Shown: positions 44,123 to 57,311 of the stretch, piece after piece
Numbering within the stretch: position 1 is the stretch's first letter
How the letters are laid out: the number at the start of each line of letters is the position of its first letter
From: Eledone cirrhosa
Lineage: Eukaryota
Direction of reading: 5' to 3'
NCBI GenBank assembly: GCA_964016885.1
Contig: OZ024745.1
Coordinates: 52,576,001-52,640,000, forward strand
DNA: 64,000 nt
Program-made: the position numbers and the translations under genes
The notes under the pieces: model-generated
The model's database searches: none
What the model saw: the letters and a program-made list of their open reading frames with translations, nothing else
What the model was told of the DNA's origin: nothing

Positions 44123-44216
44123 TATATTATATATAAATATATATCCTTCTTGGACATTTGAAAAAAACTGTAGAAGTTGAGGTTGGTTGAAGAAAATCAA
44201 CAAATTTTGACACAGA

Positions 44217-44286
<70 letters not shown>

Positions 44287-44559
44287 ATTCCATGCGGAGG
44301 AGTGCGTCATGTTTATTGAAGTTAAAATTTCAAATTTTGTGATTCCGAGATTCATGTTACAAGTATTGGAACGAAATTTAGATGCATCTCTAATTTCAAC
44401 GAAGAATCTTAATCGTGAAATTCCACGAAACGGTGTTTATAACATGAGTTTATACATTTACATATAATACATAAACACAAACGCACACACACACATATAT
44501 GTATATATATGTGTGTAATGATAATAACGAAATTTGCTGAACAATATTTTAATCGAATA

Positions 44560-45720
44560 TTATTCAGATGTGCACACCTTTTTTGACATGGTATTTGCCC
44601 AGTCTGTTAATTTAACTGAATCAATTATCAGTAAAAACTGGAAAAAAATGTGCAGGAAGAATACGTTCTTAATACGAAATGATATTGGGGTTAAATACAG
44701 AAACATCTTATGAATGGAATTCATGGCCGGAAATGAATTCTTGTAGATCTCTAGTCTCGTGTGGTGTAAGTTTATGTTGTCCGTTTTACACAAGAATCTT
44801 GATCACATATATTAGGCTGGTGTATGTTCCTGGGGAGATAGCTAATCACCAGGATAAAGACGAGAGTACTTTAAAGATTCGCCATAAAGCAGTACAGATA
44901 CTACATATTCAACAATTTCCTCCTCCTTTTCCTTGTAAAAATCTTTCATGTACATATTATGAGATACTTCGATAATTAGGCGTATCTATATTGTTCTAAT
45001 ATTACTGGAACTTTTAAAACGTAACGGGGAAAAGATACTGAAGATTTTCTTCAATCCAGTTCAAGGATGTATAACACCACGATAGGAATTTTTCCAGAGC
45101 TGCTTCAATTTTCGTATTCGCTCATTGCTGCATGACGGTGGTACTAGGGATGGTGCCGGATGATATACCAATTATTCTATCCTTATGTTTGAGTCGTAAA
45201 AAAAAGTGGATAAGTTGATTTCCTAAGCGATTTCTTGCGTGGCTAGCTCTTGATCGAAAAATAGTTGGGGGAAACATCAAGAGTTCACTCACTCTACATT
45301 TGAGTGTCGTACCAATTGTTTCACTCGTTTTACTCAAGGGCAACAAGAGTCGACTTTAATCGCAGGCGTTGCTAACAAGAAGATTTCATCATCCTCATCA
45401 TTAATAGCTGAGCTGGATAATGAACTTTCAAGGGCTACTTTCTCGGATATCTTCATCAAATTTTCACTTTCTTACTTTCATAACATACATTTCCCTTTCG
45501 TTCTTGTGAATTGCTCTCATTTAGGCTGCAGCTACACCAGCCATGAATGACGTTATTCGATCATTCCGCTATACCTCAAGAAAAGATTTGTCGTCAGATG
45601 CGACATCATTTCCTTCGAAAAGGTATGGGTTTGCAATGTCAAATGTTTTCTCGAGATAACCTTTCAATGTCTCACTCTTTCCAATTGCTTAATCAGTAAT
45701 CCTTGATTTTTATTTTGGCC
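44560..45720 (-). pseudogene. Highly degenerate DNA transposase (hATm-like)
   Basis: Patches FDIANP..DDKSFLEV*RNDRITSFMAG, PRNIHQPNICDQD and SVKL..SKKVC resemble FDIA..EEDK.FL..QR, HPENILL..D and VKLVTEASKKVC motifs. Confidence 0.4.
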
Positions 45721-46120
45721 TTCCTTGATACACCTCATACAATTTTTTGATTGCATTGTGAATGTTTTGCTAGGGTTATTTTCTTTTCTACACATCTATC
45801 TTTTTTACTTTAACGAGCATTACATTTCTGGAACTCATTCAGGTCATGACTGCCCGCTCCCCCAAAAAGAGCATTGCAGCATGAATTTAAAACAATAAAT
45901 GCAACGACCAATTTCAGCGTGATTGTTAACACATTATCTTGTTGAATTATTGAAACAAATAACCAAATGCTCATGTTATGAACGTGATACGAAGTACTTC
46001 TGCTTTGTGAAAATAGATTATACATAGAGCAAAACGGGAGAAGACTGCAACCAGACTGCAAGAAAGAATTATTGAAGCATTTTATTTTTATTTTTTGGGG
46101 GCGTATATATACATACATAC

Positions 46121-46252
<132 letters not shown>

Positions 46253-46265
46253 GATATATATATAT

Positions 46266-46420
<155 letters not shown>

Positions 46421-46997
46421 TATATATATCGTAATAATAATAAGGCTAAAATACGAAGAGGACTCGATAAGGATTATATATAAACAGTTTCAGAAGATCC
46501 CCTAAAAGGGTGAAGGCACCGATTATTTGCTTAAACTTTAATCTGTACAAATAATATATATATAATATATATAATATTGAAAAAGTGAGTGAGATTGAAT
46601 CTTCCATCAATTTATTGATTACTTTATTTCATTAAACTATTTCAGTGATATTTCTTATGTAATAGTTGCCCCCTAATTATATAGATATTGCGTAATTTTC
46701 AATTCAACATGTAATATGTCCCGAGTGGATTGAACGTTGCTCCTCGAAAGCTCAACTGGAATTTTTATGGCATTAATAATGTAATCCATAAAATGATGTA
46801 AGATTCAATCAAACAAACTTCTTCATTACTTCAGTATTATTATGATCCTCCGTGGTATCCGGATAAACGTACAACTTGGAAAGTAAAGTTAATCACGTCG
46901 TGTGCTCAATCTGATCTGCATATTGGTTAATTAAACAACACGTTTTACCTGAAAACAAACAACATATTAATACCACAAAAATCATACATATATACAA

Positions 46998-47072
<75 letters not shown>

Positions 47073-47597
47073 GGTTATTGGAAAAAGAAACGATGTTTTT
47101 GCCCGTACAAAATGTTGAAAGCAAATTGTTCTTCTTTCAGTGAAATGTCATAACATTAATTTATTTATATATGTATTTAAAATACCGGTTTCAGCTTTTT
47201 GTGCATTGTCAAATTGTGGAAATGTAGATGTGGATTTGTATATGTGTACAAATTGTGGAACAAACATTAATTATGAGAACAGTAAAAATAAAAAATTCTA
47301 AAAATTATAATGATGAGGGAGAGAAGAGAAAATAATATTCACAAACATGGTTTCACAAGGAAGATAGCCGTAATTTCTGTATATCTTTCCCTGCAAGAAG
47401 GCAAATGGCTGTCCGTGGCTGAATATGTTTTCGCTTTTGGAGAAAAGGCAGGAGAGTTTGTGCATGGCAAGGTAATCCAGAAACGAAGAAGAAATTAACG
47501 GAAAGGGATAATTTTATAAAAAAGGAAAACGCAAGGTGTAAGAGACGTAACTCTTGGGGGAACACTGACAAATGAGTAAAGAAAAGAAAGGAAATAG

Positions 47598-47858
47598 AGG
47601 TATAATAATCTCATCTGGGTGACTCCAGGGATCATAATTCATTCTAGCTTTAGTTTAGTCCGAAGTAGAGGCATTTAGATGGTGACTCCAGGGATCACAA
47701 TTCATCCTAGCTTTAGTTTGGTCCGAAGTAGAGGCATTTAGAAGGTGATTCCAGGGATCACAATTCATCCTGGCTTCAGTTTGGTCCGAAGTAGTGGCAT
47801 GTAGAAGGTGACTACAGGGATCACAATTCAACTTAGTCAGAAGTAGTGGCATTTAGAA
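47598..47858. repeat. 60 bp minisatellite, ~4 copies, overlapping the PLE stop codon
   Basis: Unit ggtgactccagggatcacaattcatcctagctttagtttggtccgaagtagaggcatttaga(t/a). Confidence 0.9.
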
Positions 47859-48255
47859 GGGGTTCGAATTTGGTGATGAAGTGCGATTCCTTGGTGATGC
47901 GTTGGATGAAGGTAGCGTTGTCTTTAAATTTGTAGATGGTGAAAATTCTGAAGTTGGGTTGTTGATTAAATGCGCAGGTCGCAATGTGTTCACTTAGTGC
48001 TATCTTTCTGTATTCCCATATTTTGATTTGGGATTTATGGACGGTCATATGTTGCCAGAGGCTGTTTTTGGTCTGTCCTATGTAGTGTTCTCGACAACCT
48101 GAGCAGGTTAAAACGTAGACCAGGTTTTCTGATGCACATGTGAAGTTGTATTTAACTGTGAAGTGTTGTCCTTGTTTGGTATGGAATTCCGATCCTTCTA
48201 TTATATTGATGCATATACCACAGTTGGGTCTCCCGCATTTTTTTAATTGTATGGT
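47833..48255 (-). CDS. PLE (Neptune-like) Cys-rich linker plus GIY-YIG endonuclease, 5'-truncated, open frame ~140 aa
   Basis: KKCGRPNCGIC..FTCASENLVYVLTCSGCREHYIGQTKNSLWQHMTVHKSQI..ALSEHIATC..RITKESHFITKFEPLLN. Confidence 0.9.
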   Translation of the reverse strand, partial: TIQLKKCGRPNCGICINIIEGSEFHTKQGQHFTVKYNFTCASENLVYVLTCSGCREHYIGQTKNSLWQHMTVHKSQIKIWEYRKIALSEHIATCAFNQQPNFRIFTIYKFKDNATFIQRITKESHFITKFEPLLNATTSD

Positions 48256-48261
48256 TCATTG

Positions 48262-48286
48262 TGAGGGTCGGCTGGATTTTGGCTTT

Positions 48287-48334
<48 letters not shown>

Positions 48335-48355
48335 CCAAAATCCAGCCGACCCTCA
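48262..48355. repeat. 28 bp inverted repeat around (TA)n at the PLE 5' junction
   Basis: tgagggtcggctggattttggcttttat versus ataaaagccaaaatccagccgaccctca. Confidence 0.9.
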
Positions 48356-48905
48356 TATATATATATATATGTGTGAAAACATTTAAAACCATTTAACGTA
48401 ACATTTATAAAAATACTCATTTTGGTGGAATACAGAAAAACGTAATTATTAAATAAACCAGTGTGGTTCATCATTTTTACATTTTGCCTACGATCTATGA
48501 TTTGTGTGAACATTTACATATTCAACACCAGTTACTTATATCTCTCCTCTTATATACATTTCAAAGGCCTTAAAATGTCAGTTTGTATCAGTTATCTGTT
48601 TTCCACAGGCAGGTGTTTACATGTAAAGAATATTTGACTCTTAGTTTTCATTTCTGTTATGCGTTCGCTGGAAGGGTGTTGTCCTTTCACGTTCCGGCAA
48701 GAGAGAGAGTGAGATAAGGATGGATAGCTATGTCATGATATTTGGTGTTTTGCCTGTTTTGTTTTTAGTGAATAGATATCTGTGAAAATGTCCATATACA
48801 TACATATATATATATATATACGTATATACTTACATAGACACACAGAGTGCTTAACATGGTGTAAACAAATTTCCACACTCAATATACTATACATGTATAC
48901 ATATA

Positions 48906-49272
48906 CTAACAGAATGGCCCGGCGTTGCTCAGGCTTCTAAACATAGATTGGCATGTTTATCCCTCCTTTCTGAAATAGTACAGAGAGGTACGGAATACCT
49001 CGGCCTGTGGATGGTGTCTACAGTTTGTACTTATAAAAAAAAATTCGTCGTAGATTACCAGGGGTTTAACTTAATTGGGTGTCTGAGAGTAAAATGTTCA
49101 ACCCACAAAAGCCAAGACGATAGGGTTAAGTAAAAAGGTATTCGACAAACCGAACATGTACAATGAAAGCAATTGTTACAGAGCAGTAAGATTTGTATAG
49201 ACTTTGCCAAAATTAGGACATACACACACACACACACACACACAGAGACAACTTCAGTGTTATATATAGATA
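48906..49272 (+). mobile_element. Non-autonomous helitron/helentron-like element
   Basis: 5' ACTAACAGAATGGCCCGGCGTTGCTCAGG and 3' (CA)n-gagacaacttcagtgttatatatagat, a DINE/Lep1-like architecture. Confidence 0.6.
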
Positions 49273-50329
49273 TAAATCTGTGTGTATGTGTTTGCCTCTG
49301 TGTGTGTGTGTATATAAATAGATGTGTGTGTGTGCGTTTGAATGTATGTATGAGTTTGTTTATGTGATTATGTATGTATACTAAAATGACTGTAATTTGA
49401 TGCATATTGCTTAGTCCTTGTCATTATCCCAATAACACACGCTCATGTGGGAAACAAGAATCTGGTCTAAGAGTGCTGCGTGAAATACTAAGAGTGCTAT
49501 GTATTCTTTCATCATTGGCTTATTTGAATATACATTTCTATGTAATATTTATATCATTTCTCTTATTCGCTTAATTCCCAAGCTAAACAAAGAAAAATAG
49601 ATGAAAGACTGTTGCAGATTTTCACATAAAATACGCAAAACTCTTCTACTTGCAAATTGATCATATACATCTGCACGCATTTTCTTTCATTTTGAATTTT
49701 TTTTTTTTTCTTTTTCACATGATATCAGTTCCACATTACTCAAGTGACAGGAATGCAAAATCATAGAACATTAAAGACTTAAACACTATACGAAGGAAAT
49801 GATAATTGTAATATATTTCTTTTAATGTTGCTATTCTATCTGTAATTTGATTCAAAAATATTGAATGGAATCAATTTCAAGAGAAAGAAAAGTCGAAATG
49901 GAGATATAATATAACGAAATATTGATATTTGCTAAAGAGAAATTATATTAAATTATGTACTTATACTTGTTTTATTTTTTATTCATATTCTTAAATCTAC
50001 TCGCTCCAACTGTTATAAATATATTTGTTTAGCAACAGTAGCCGTTATAAGAATTGGGTTGCTACCATTACAGCTGTCTACTAAGGAGCCATCATAAGAT
50101 TAAATTATATGATTTCGTCTATTTATATTATTAATGTTTCATTCTTTCTGGAAATTATTCTGAAATTTACAGCTTTTTAAAATGTCGTTACTCTCAGGAA
50201 ATTGTACTCCAGCAGTGAGTGGAAATCAGCAATTTTCAAAACGTTCTACACGTACGCACACACAACGAGAGGTACACATTCATATACATACACTCACACA
50301 AGCATATATATGAGTGTGTGTGTGCGTGC

Positions 50330-50360
<31 letters not shown>

Positions 50361-50469
50361 GGTGTGTGTGTGTGTGTGTGTGAGAGATAAAACATTTATA
50401 TGGAACAATAGCATGAAAGGAAGCCAACTACACTTCAAACCTCACTACGAGAATATTCTTACATATTTC

Positions 50470-50568
<99 letters not shown>

Positions 50569-50579
50569 TATATACATTA

Positions 50580-50642
<63 letters not shown>

Positions 50643-50776
50643 TAGAAGTGGTATTTAATTTGTTGGAAGTCCGACAAACATAAATGTTTATAACTGATTT
50701 AGAACACTCAACAGATTACTGGAGTAAATATTCAATGATATTAAATAAATGGAAACTATATTTATAAAACCATATT

Positions 50777-50841
50777 TATTTTATTATATATATTTCAAGG
50801 GTAACCAAGATAACATTGGTACGCTTTCATCAGATAAAATA
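50777..50841 (-). ncRNA. Hammerhead ribozyme (AUA site)
   Basis: Inverted copy of 50958-51022. Confidence 0.8.
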
Positions 50842-50957
50842 CAAAGTTTGTTTCATAAACAGAGACATACCAATGAAAATCATACCTTATCCAGTGAATT
50901 TCCAACCAATAAGATATGATTTTCATGGGTATGTCACTAATTATAAAACAAACTTTG

Positions 50958-51022
50958 TATTTTATCTGATGAAAGCGTACCAATGTTATTTTGGTTACCC
51001 TTGAAATATATATAATAAAATA
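50958..51022 (+). ncRNA. Hammerhead ribozyme (AUA site)
   Basis: tattttat-CTGATGA-aagcgtaccaa..ttggttaccctt-GAAAT-atat-ATA-ataaaata, with an 8 bp stem I. Confidence 0.8.
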
Positions 51023-51896
51023 AATATGGTTTTATAAATATAGTTTCCATTTATTTAATATCATTGTATATATATATATATCATTCAATCATCAAGAAAT
51101 AAAACATTCCTAACGAAATTATCTCAAACACTCTGTTCAGATAAAATAAGATATAAACACAGATGTTACAAGAGCTACATGATTGGCCTCAAGAATCTGG
51201 TGAGATGTACAACGTGTAGATAAAATCATTACAGATGTGTAGCATTTATTGCGCGTAGATTGAACTGATTTGACGTTTTAACTATCGTAGAAGTTTACTT
51301 CCAAATGTATATAATGTATGGATGACACTGTAAAAAGGCATTGTATACAAGTAATCATTCATTTGAGGAACGTCGAGATTTGTTTTCAATGACTTATAAC
51401 TATGGAATACAATGAATAACTGATGTGTTGGACATTCATAGTTTCCGAAAAAATGAAATATTCCTCTTGTTCGACAACGGAACAGACTGCTCGTGAAATC
51501 ATCATTTACAGATCCGGTAATCAAGTTAAGTTCCCAAAGAGATTTTACGTGTGGCAGTTACTACATATTCTTGCTAACTGAGTGGATTTGAGCAATACTC
51601 AATACATTCAATTTTTGCAGGACAAAAAGCGCTAACGAAATCCTAACTACTTAACAACGCGCCTTTAAATGTGGGTATAGAGAGCCAGAAACTCATTTGG
51701 TAGGGGGTTGTGTATATATATATATATAGTATATAGAGTAGTGTAGCACTTAGCAATAGGTAATTTTCCATATTCTAATCAACAGAAACAAGGGCTGTAC
51801 AAAATTTCAGCTCAATCACACAACTGTTATGCAACCCTCAAACGCCTTGAAGGTGGAACATAGTATAAGCAACAATTAATTCTGTTCAAAAGCGGT

Positions 51897-52430
51897 ATAC
51901 TGTTCCCTATCTCGACCATTTTCTTTTTTCTTCTCAGATAAATTTATGTGACGCATCCAGGTAACCCCAACAAATGTCTAGAAACCGTCTGAATCAAATT
52001 TACTAATAGTTAATTTGAAAAGTTCCTGAAATAACATGAAAAACTGAAGAAATATTAGGTTTTCTTAATAAAGCACAACAATAATTTCTATAGAATCAAA
52101 AGCATAATGTGAACATTGAATATTGAACATTATTTTTGCATAAGAGAGGATTTAGTGGCAGTTGGGTGTGTTTTATGGTTTTCGGTAACGATCTGTAAAG
52201 CAAATTAATCCACATTGTAACCAGGATCATCCTTCCATGATGAAGGGTCTTTGTCGAGGAAATCGGTGCTGATAGAAAATCTCGCGAAGAAAGTTTTTGT
52301 ACTAGGGTTACAAAAGACGAAAACTCGATGTTTATAATGAAAGAAACGTCATTTTGGTGCAGAATGTACCTCTTCAGTTGATTTATTTTTCTTCTACCTC
52401 CTCTTAACCTTTGTCTGCTTCCAGCATAAC
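51897..52430 (-). mobile_element. hATm-like transposase C-terminal remnant and putative terminus
   Basis: SSFVT/STKTFFARFSISTDFLDKDPSSWKDDPGY (frameshifted, ~52210-52320). Confidence 0.55.
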
Positions 52431-52444
52431 TTGAGTAATATTTG

Positions 52445-52640
52445 CCTTGCTCTCCTTTTCTCATTGTTCTCCTTGCTCTCCTTGCTCTCGTTTTATCGTT
52501 GCTCTCCTTGCTCTCCCTTTCTCATCGCTCTTCTTTTCTCCTTGCTCTCCTTTTGTCATTGCTCTCCTTGCTATATTTTGCTCATTGCTCTCCTATTATC
52601 CTTTCTCTCTTTCCCCTTGCTCTCCATTTCTCATTGTATC
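52445..52640. repeat. TTGCTCTCC-based short tandem repeat
   Basis: Repeated 9-mer interspersed with ttttctca. Confidence 0.85.
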
Positions 52641-53473
52641 TATGTACTTGTTTATATACGAATACAATGAGAAAAGGGGAGCAATGAGAAATATGAAAGT
52701 AAGGATAGTAAGGAGAATATATATATATACATACGCAAGTAGAAGCACTCCTCATTTAAAACAGAGGTAGACAACTCGTGGCGCATGCATGCAGGTGACA
52801 ACTTCCCATGTGTATAGCGCAGAGGTCGTAAGAGATAACACAATATATATATATATACGATTCTACAAGAGGATGCTTATCAATAGTTTCCAAACAGATC
52901 TCAGGCGAAGTAATTGGACCTTCTTTTATTTACCGATATTCACAATAGTATCAAATAAATAAGAACAGGCAAAACATTTAGAATGTCGACAAATTACAGC
53001 CACTAACATAGACAAACGCTTTCAAATATGTGTTTTGTTTCATAGTATTGAATTATTTTTTGGCTAAACAAAATAAAATAAATCAAACACTGCCTGCAAT
53101 AAGCTTTCTATGTTCATATTTTAAAAACGTACATACAAGCACACATATTCATAACTATATATATAATGTAGACATACTCGTACAACAAAGGCTCTCTGGA
53201 AACTGTTGTTTCATATTTCATGAAATGATTCATTGCTTCGAATATCAGTAGGTGTTATTGATTTTTTTACTGTCACGTGTATGAAAGGACATCTAAAGAA
53301 GATACTACTCCTGTTGGATGCTAATGTGAACTTCAAATTAAAAACATAGGGGCATATGTCAAGACTTGAGGGCGGCCGACCGGGGTAGAAGCTGCTAAAT
53401 GTTCGGTCGCCCTCATTTCTCTGCTTTTCAGTCCCATGGATTTTGTCTATTATATTCCTTTGTTATATTTCGA

Positions 53474-53531
53474 ATACCTGATGTTGTCACCGGATTCATA
53501 CTGAACCCGGTTATTGAAATGATCATAGTAT
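53474..53531 (+). ncRNA. Hammerhead motif (A9U-mutated) in element ~53365-53722
   Basis: atac-CTGATGT-..-GAAAT-gatc-ATA-gtat. Paralog of 13539-13596. Confidence 0.55.
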
Positions 53532-54065
53532 AATAAACCTTTTAAGGAATTACACCTGTCCAGCCTCCTGTTATTTTATAATAATTAACTCCGTACTCGC
53601 ACCACCAACTACACAAACGAGGACGGGTGAGTTGCATTACGTTGAGTGCTCTCCATGATATTACATCTAGGTTGACCATACTGAATGACCAGTTCTATCC
53701 AGTGGTGAACCAACAAACCTAAATATATATATATAATATAAAACGAAAAATCAGTGATGTATCTGAACTCAATTTACTGTGTGTTACAATTGTTTCGCCG
53801 GCAGACAGCTCGAGGCATCATTGTGTGGATCTGTCTGATTCTGGATCTGCAGGTACGTCGGACACTTCTAATAATTTCGGATCAAATTTTCTCACTGGCG
53901 TGTTAGCGTAAAAAAAACATCCACTTCGCTCGTCCTGCGTATGTATAGCGGGAGTATATGCGTACGGATGTTATTTATATGATTTATATGAGTGCGTGTG
54001 TGTGTGTGAGTGTGTGTATATATATGTGTATATATATGTGTTTATATATATATATATATATATAT

Positions 54066-54259
54066 ATAGGAACCAGTAAGACCCCGACAGCTGAGCTCAA
54101 GCCGTTTCGACGGCTAATTCTGAGTCCAGAATTAGCCGTCGAAACGGCTTGAGTTCAGCTGTCGGGGTCTTACTGGTTCCTATTACCCACTCTACTACCC
54201 CAAGTATTGAGTACTTTGGTGCGTTATGGTCCACCTGGTTCCTTACCACATTTCCTTCG

Positions 54260-54262
<3 letters not shown>
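54066..54262 (+). mobile_element. Mini fold-back derivative of the 58890-61713 PLE terminal repeat, in (TA)n
   Basis: Hairpin 54066-54184 of the HHR 3' half, plus a tail matching 58890-58970 in reverse complement. Confidence 0.9.
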
Positions 54263-54331
<69 letters not shown>

Positions 54332-54558
54332 CTGTGTGTGTGTGTGTGTATGTGTGTGAGTACGCGCATGGACGTGTGAACTACCAAACCCAGCAGGGAG
54401 TCATTGAAGTGTGGCAGGAAAAAGGACAGCCGATGGTCAGTTTGACAGTACCTGTTGGCCAAAATTTATGATGACAACAGCCAATAGCAGGACGACCGAA
54501 GAGGATGTTTTTTGACGTTAACACCCCAGTGAGAAAAGTTGATCCGAAATTATGAGAA

Positions 54559-54646
54559 GTGTCCGACGAACCTGCAGATCCAGAATCAGACAGATCCACA
54601 CAATGATCGTGCCTCAAGCTGTCCGCCGGCGAAACAATTGTAACAC
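54559..54646 (+). ncRNA. Hammerhead variant (U4C core) with long stem II
   Basis: gtgt-CCGACGA-..61 nt..-GAAAC-aatt-GTA-acac. Inverted copy at 53781-53865. Confidence 0.6.
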
Positions 54647-54774
54647 ACAATAAATTGAGTTCAGATGCATCACTGATTTTTCGTTTTATATTATATCACA
54701 CTCTGCTCTGTAAGAATATAGAGTGCTCAACCGGCATACCGCCTATGGAAGCATCGTAGCTACCATCATACACA

Positions 54775-54893
<119 letters not shown>

Positions 54894-57311
54894 TAAGGAT
54901 ACATGATATAAAGTTTCTGGTCATTTTTTTTTCTTTTAAAAAAATATTTGGCAGGCAATCGTTAAACATATATAGGACACAAAGTATTTGATATTTTCAA
55001 ATATATGTAACAAAGTACTTAATATATGCTCTGTATGCTTGATGAGTATCCGTTTTGAGAACACTGTGTAACCTAAATAATCACAGATTGACCAATGCCT
55101 CATGGGTGAAATTTAGTAGAAATAAACTGCAGATAAAGAGCACCGTGAATATTCGCATATGTATTCGTATGTTTCTATCTGTTCGCATCTATATTGACAG
55201 TTTTGGGTATGTATGAAGAAATAACCCGTAACATCCTGAATCGATACAATAACTAACAGATTTTAATACATAAGGATTGTTGCTGATGTGATTAAAGAAA
55301 TGAAGGTGGGTCCTGTTATGTTATTGTTACTTATCTATTTATGTATATCGCACCTCTTTGACAATACGAATCTGTATTTGAGAAACTGTTTGTGTGAATA
55401 TTGCTTTTTCCATGCACACCCTCCAACCCCTCATCCTCTTCCACCACATGAACAACCCGGTTGTTACTCTCCTCACCTATCATGCTGCCACCTCTTTTCT
55501 TCAGTGCACACTTTTACAACTATTTATATTTTCACAAATTCATTCCGCTACATACTATACCTTCCACATCCCACTTTTCCCCACCGGTACGCATCGACAC
55601 GATCCAGGTCATGTAATATTATTTTGCTTATCCCCCACTCCACGCAATATTGTTGAGTTTTTTCTCTACTTTAGTCATTGCAACACTTCTACTTTCATCA
55701 GCAAAACTGTCAACCCGAATATATGTCAGACCTAATATTATCTTTGAAATAGCTGCTATGCCTAACAGCTTTCATTAAGCAACTAGCCCCATATAGAACC
55801 TAAAGATTCATATATCACCTTAGATACAACTGATACAAATGACGACCACCTGTTGTTCGTCATATTCGCACACTCATAGGATCATATCACACGTCACAAT
55901 TTCAGTTACGACCATGTCTTTCATGCCTGTCAACTTCTTTGCAATATTTATCATGAGGAAAGTAACAATTGACTGTCTATAATTGTGTGTAAGACTAATA
56001 TATACAAGCAATTATTCGTTAGAAATGCAAGTGTTTGGCGGTAATTTTAAGTTTATCAGGTGGTGCGACAAACATGACAATATTGTTGGTAGCAGATTGA
56101 TTTTACCGGCTGATGAACAATATTTCTCAAGTTGTTGATGTTGATTCGTTGTTGTGTGTCTTTAAACCAGATTTGAAAGGTTTCGGTTATGAGAGATACA
56201 TTGTCATCCAAACAATTAGGTACTAGTTTCTGTCCCATATAGTCCCATATAAAATACTTCCACTTAATTATAAAAGAAATAAAACTGCATATTTCGATAT
56301 GCAATGGTTAATCGTATGTCTTGCTTTGTGAGATTTATTTACTAAGATTGTTTGCATAGAGATATCATTGACAGCTACAACGCAGGTAGGTATATCAGAT
56401 TCTGTTTTTGCACAAATATTGCTAGTTCTATGTATTTATTCAGGAGGCGAAGACGTGCATTGCAACATATACTTAAGTGAGCGAATTCCACTGCTGATAC
56501 CATTCATATATGTGTAGTGCAGTATTCATCACAGAGAATGCTTAGTGTATTGTGATATTTCACAATCTCTATTGTGCATAGCCAGAATAACATTTGTAGA
56601 TAAACTAAATAATTTCTTTGAAAATAGTCTCTAGACGAGTAGCATTTCATTTCTGTTGAATATTGTGGTTTGTGAATTTGTGGAAGCAGCGGGTTTAGTT
56701 AATTAGCTTAGCTAATTAGTTTATTTTCAGACAGCGTTCAAAATGTGATATTCGTTATTCAAAGGAGTGTAGAGGGATCGTGCTGCATAACTAAAATAAA
56801 CAGAAACACCTCCATTCGAAGAGTCACACATGCAGCATGCGCTTTCCTATAGTTTCCATAAAAATCACTCACACCCACTACAAGTTGCTGGCGAAATGTA
56901 GAGTGAATAAAAGACAGGAAAGAACATGATTGCCAAGCAAACGTCTTAGCTACATCCATATATTACATTATATTATAATATAATGTATCATATTTGGATA
57001 CTATATTACGAACATAATTCTTTTACTACATAAGTATAGCTGAACATATATATTCATCAATATATATAACTGCTATTTCATTTCTTTGTTTGCCTTGTTG
57101 CAATAGCAAACTTCTGACAGTATCTAACCACATCAACATTTCAGCGCACATTTCAACTCCACTCTTTTTAATAATCTATCTTTTAACATGAAATCAATTG
57201 TAGTCGATTGAACCCATTTAATTTTAGGTATTTTCTTAACTTTTACATTTGCTGGTAAAAACAATCATTAGTTTTCTCGATTTCTGGTTGTAAATATATA
57301 TTTATTATTAT

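Larger units (their letters stand above)
50733..51066. mobile_element. Fold-back element with intact HHR on both strands
   Basis: Arms ~50733-50890 and ~50908-51066. Confidence 0.9.
53733..54696. mobile_element. Inverted-repeat element (~205 bp arms) with HHR variant and nested insertion
   Basis: 53733-53938 versus 54487-54696. Confidence 0.85.

Noticed and set aside
47598-47858. Regular repeats as a CRISPR array
   Set aside because: Head-to-tail minisatellite with no unique spacers, no cas genes and a eukaryotic context.
56107-56190. CTGATGA..GAAAG on the plus strand as an HHR
   Set aside because: No convincing stem II closure or stem III.
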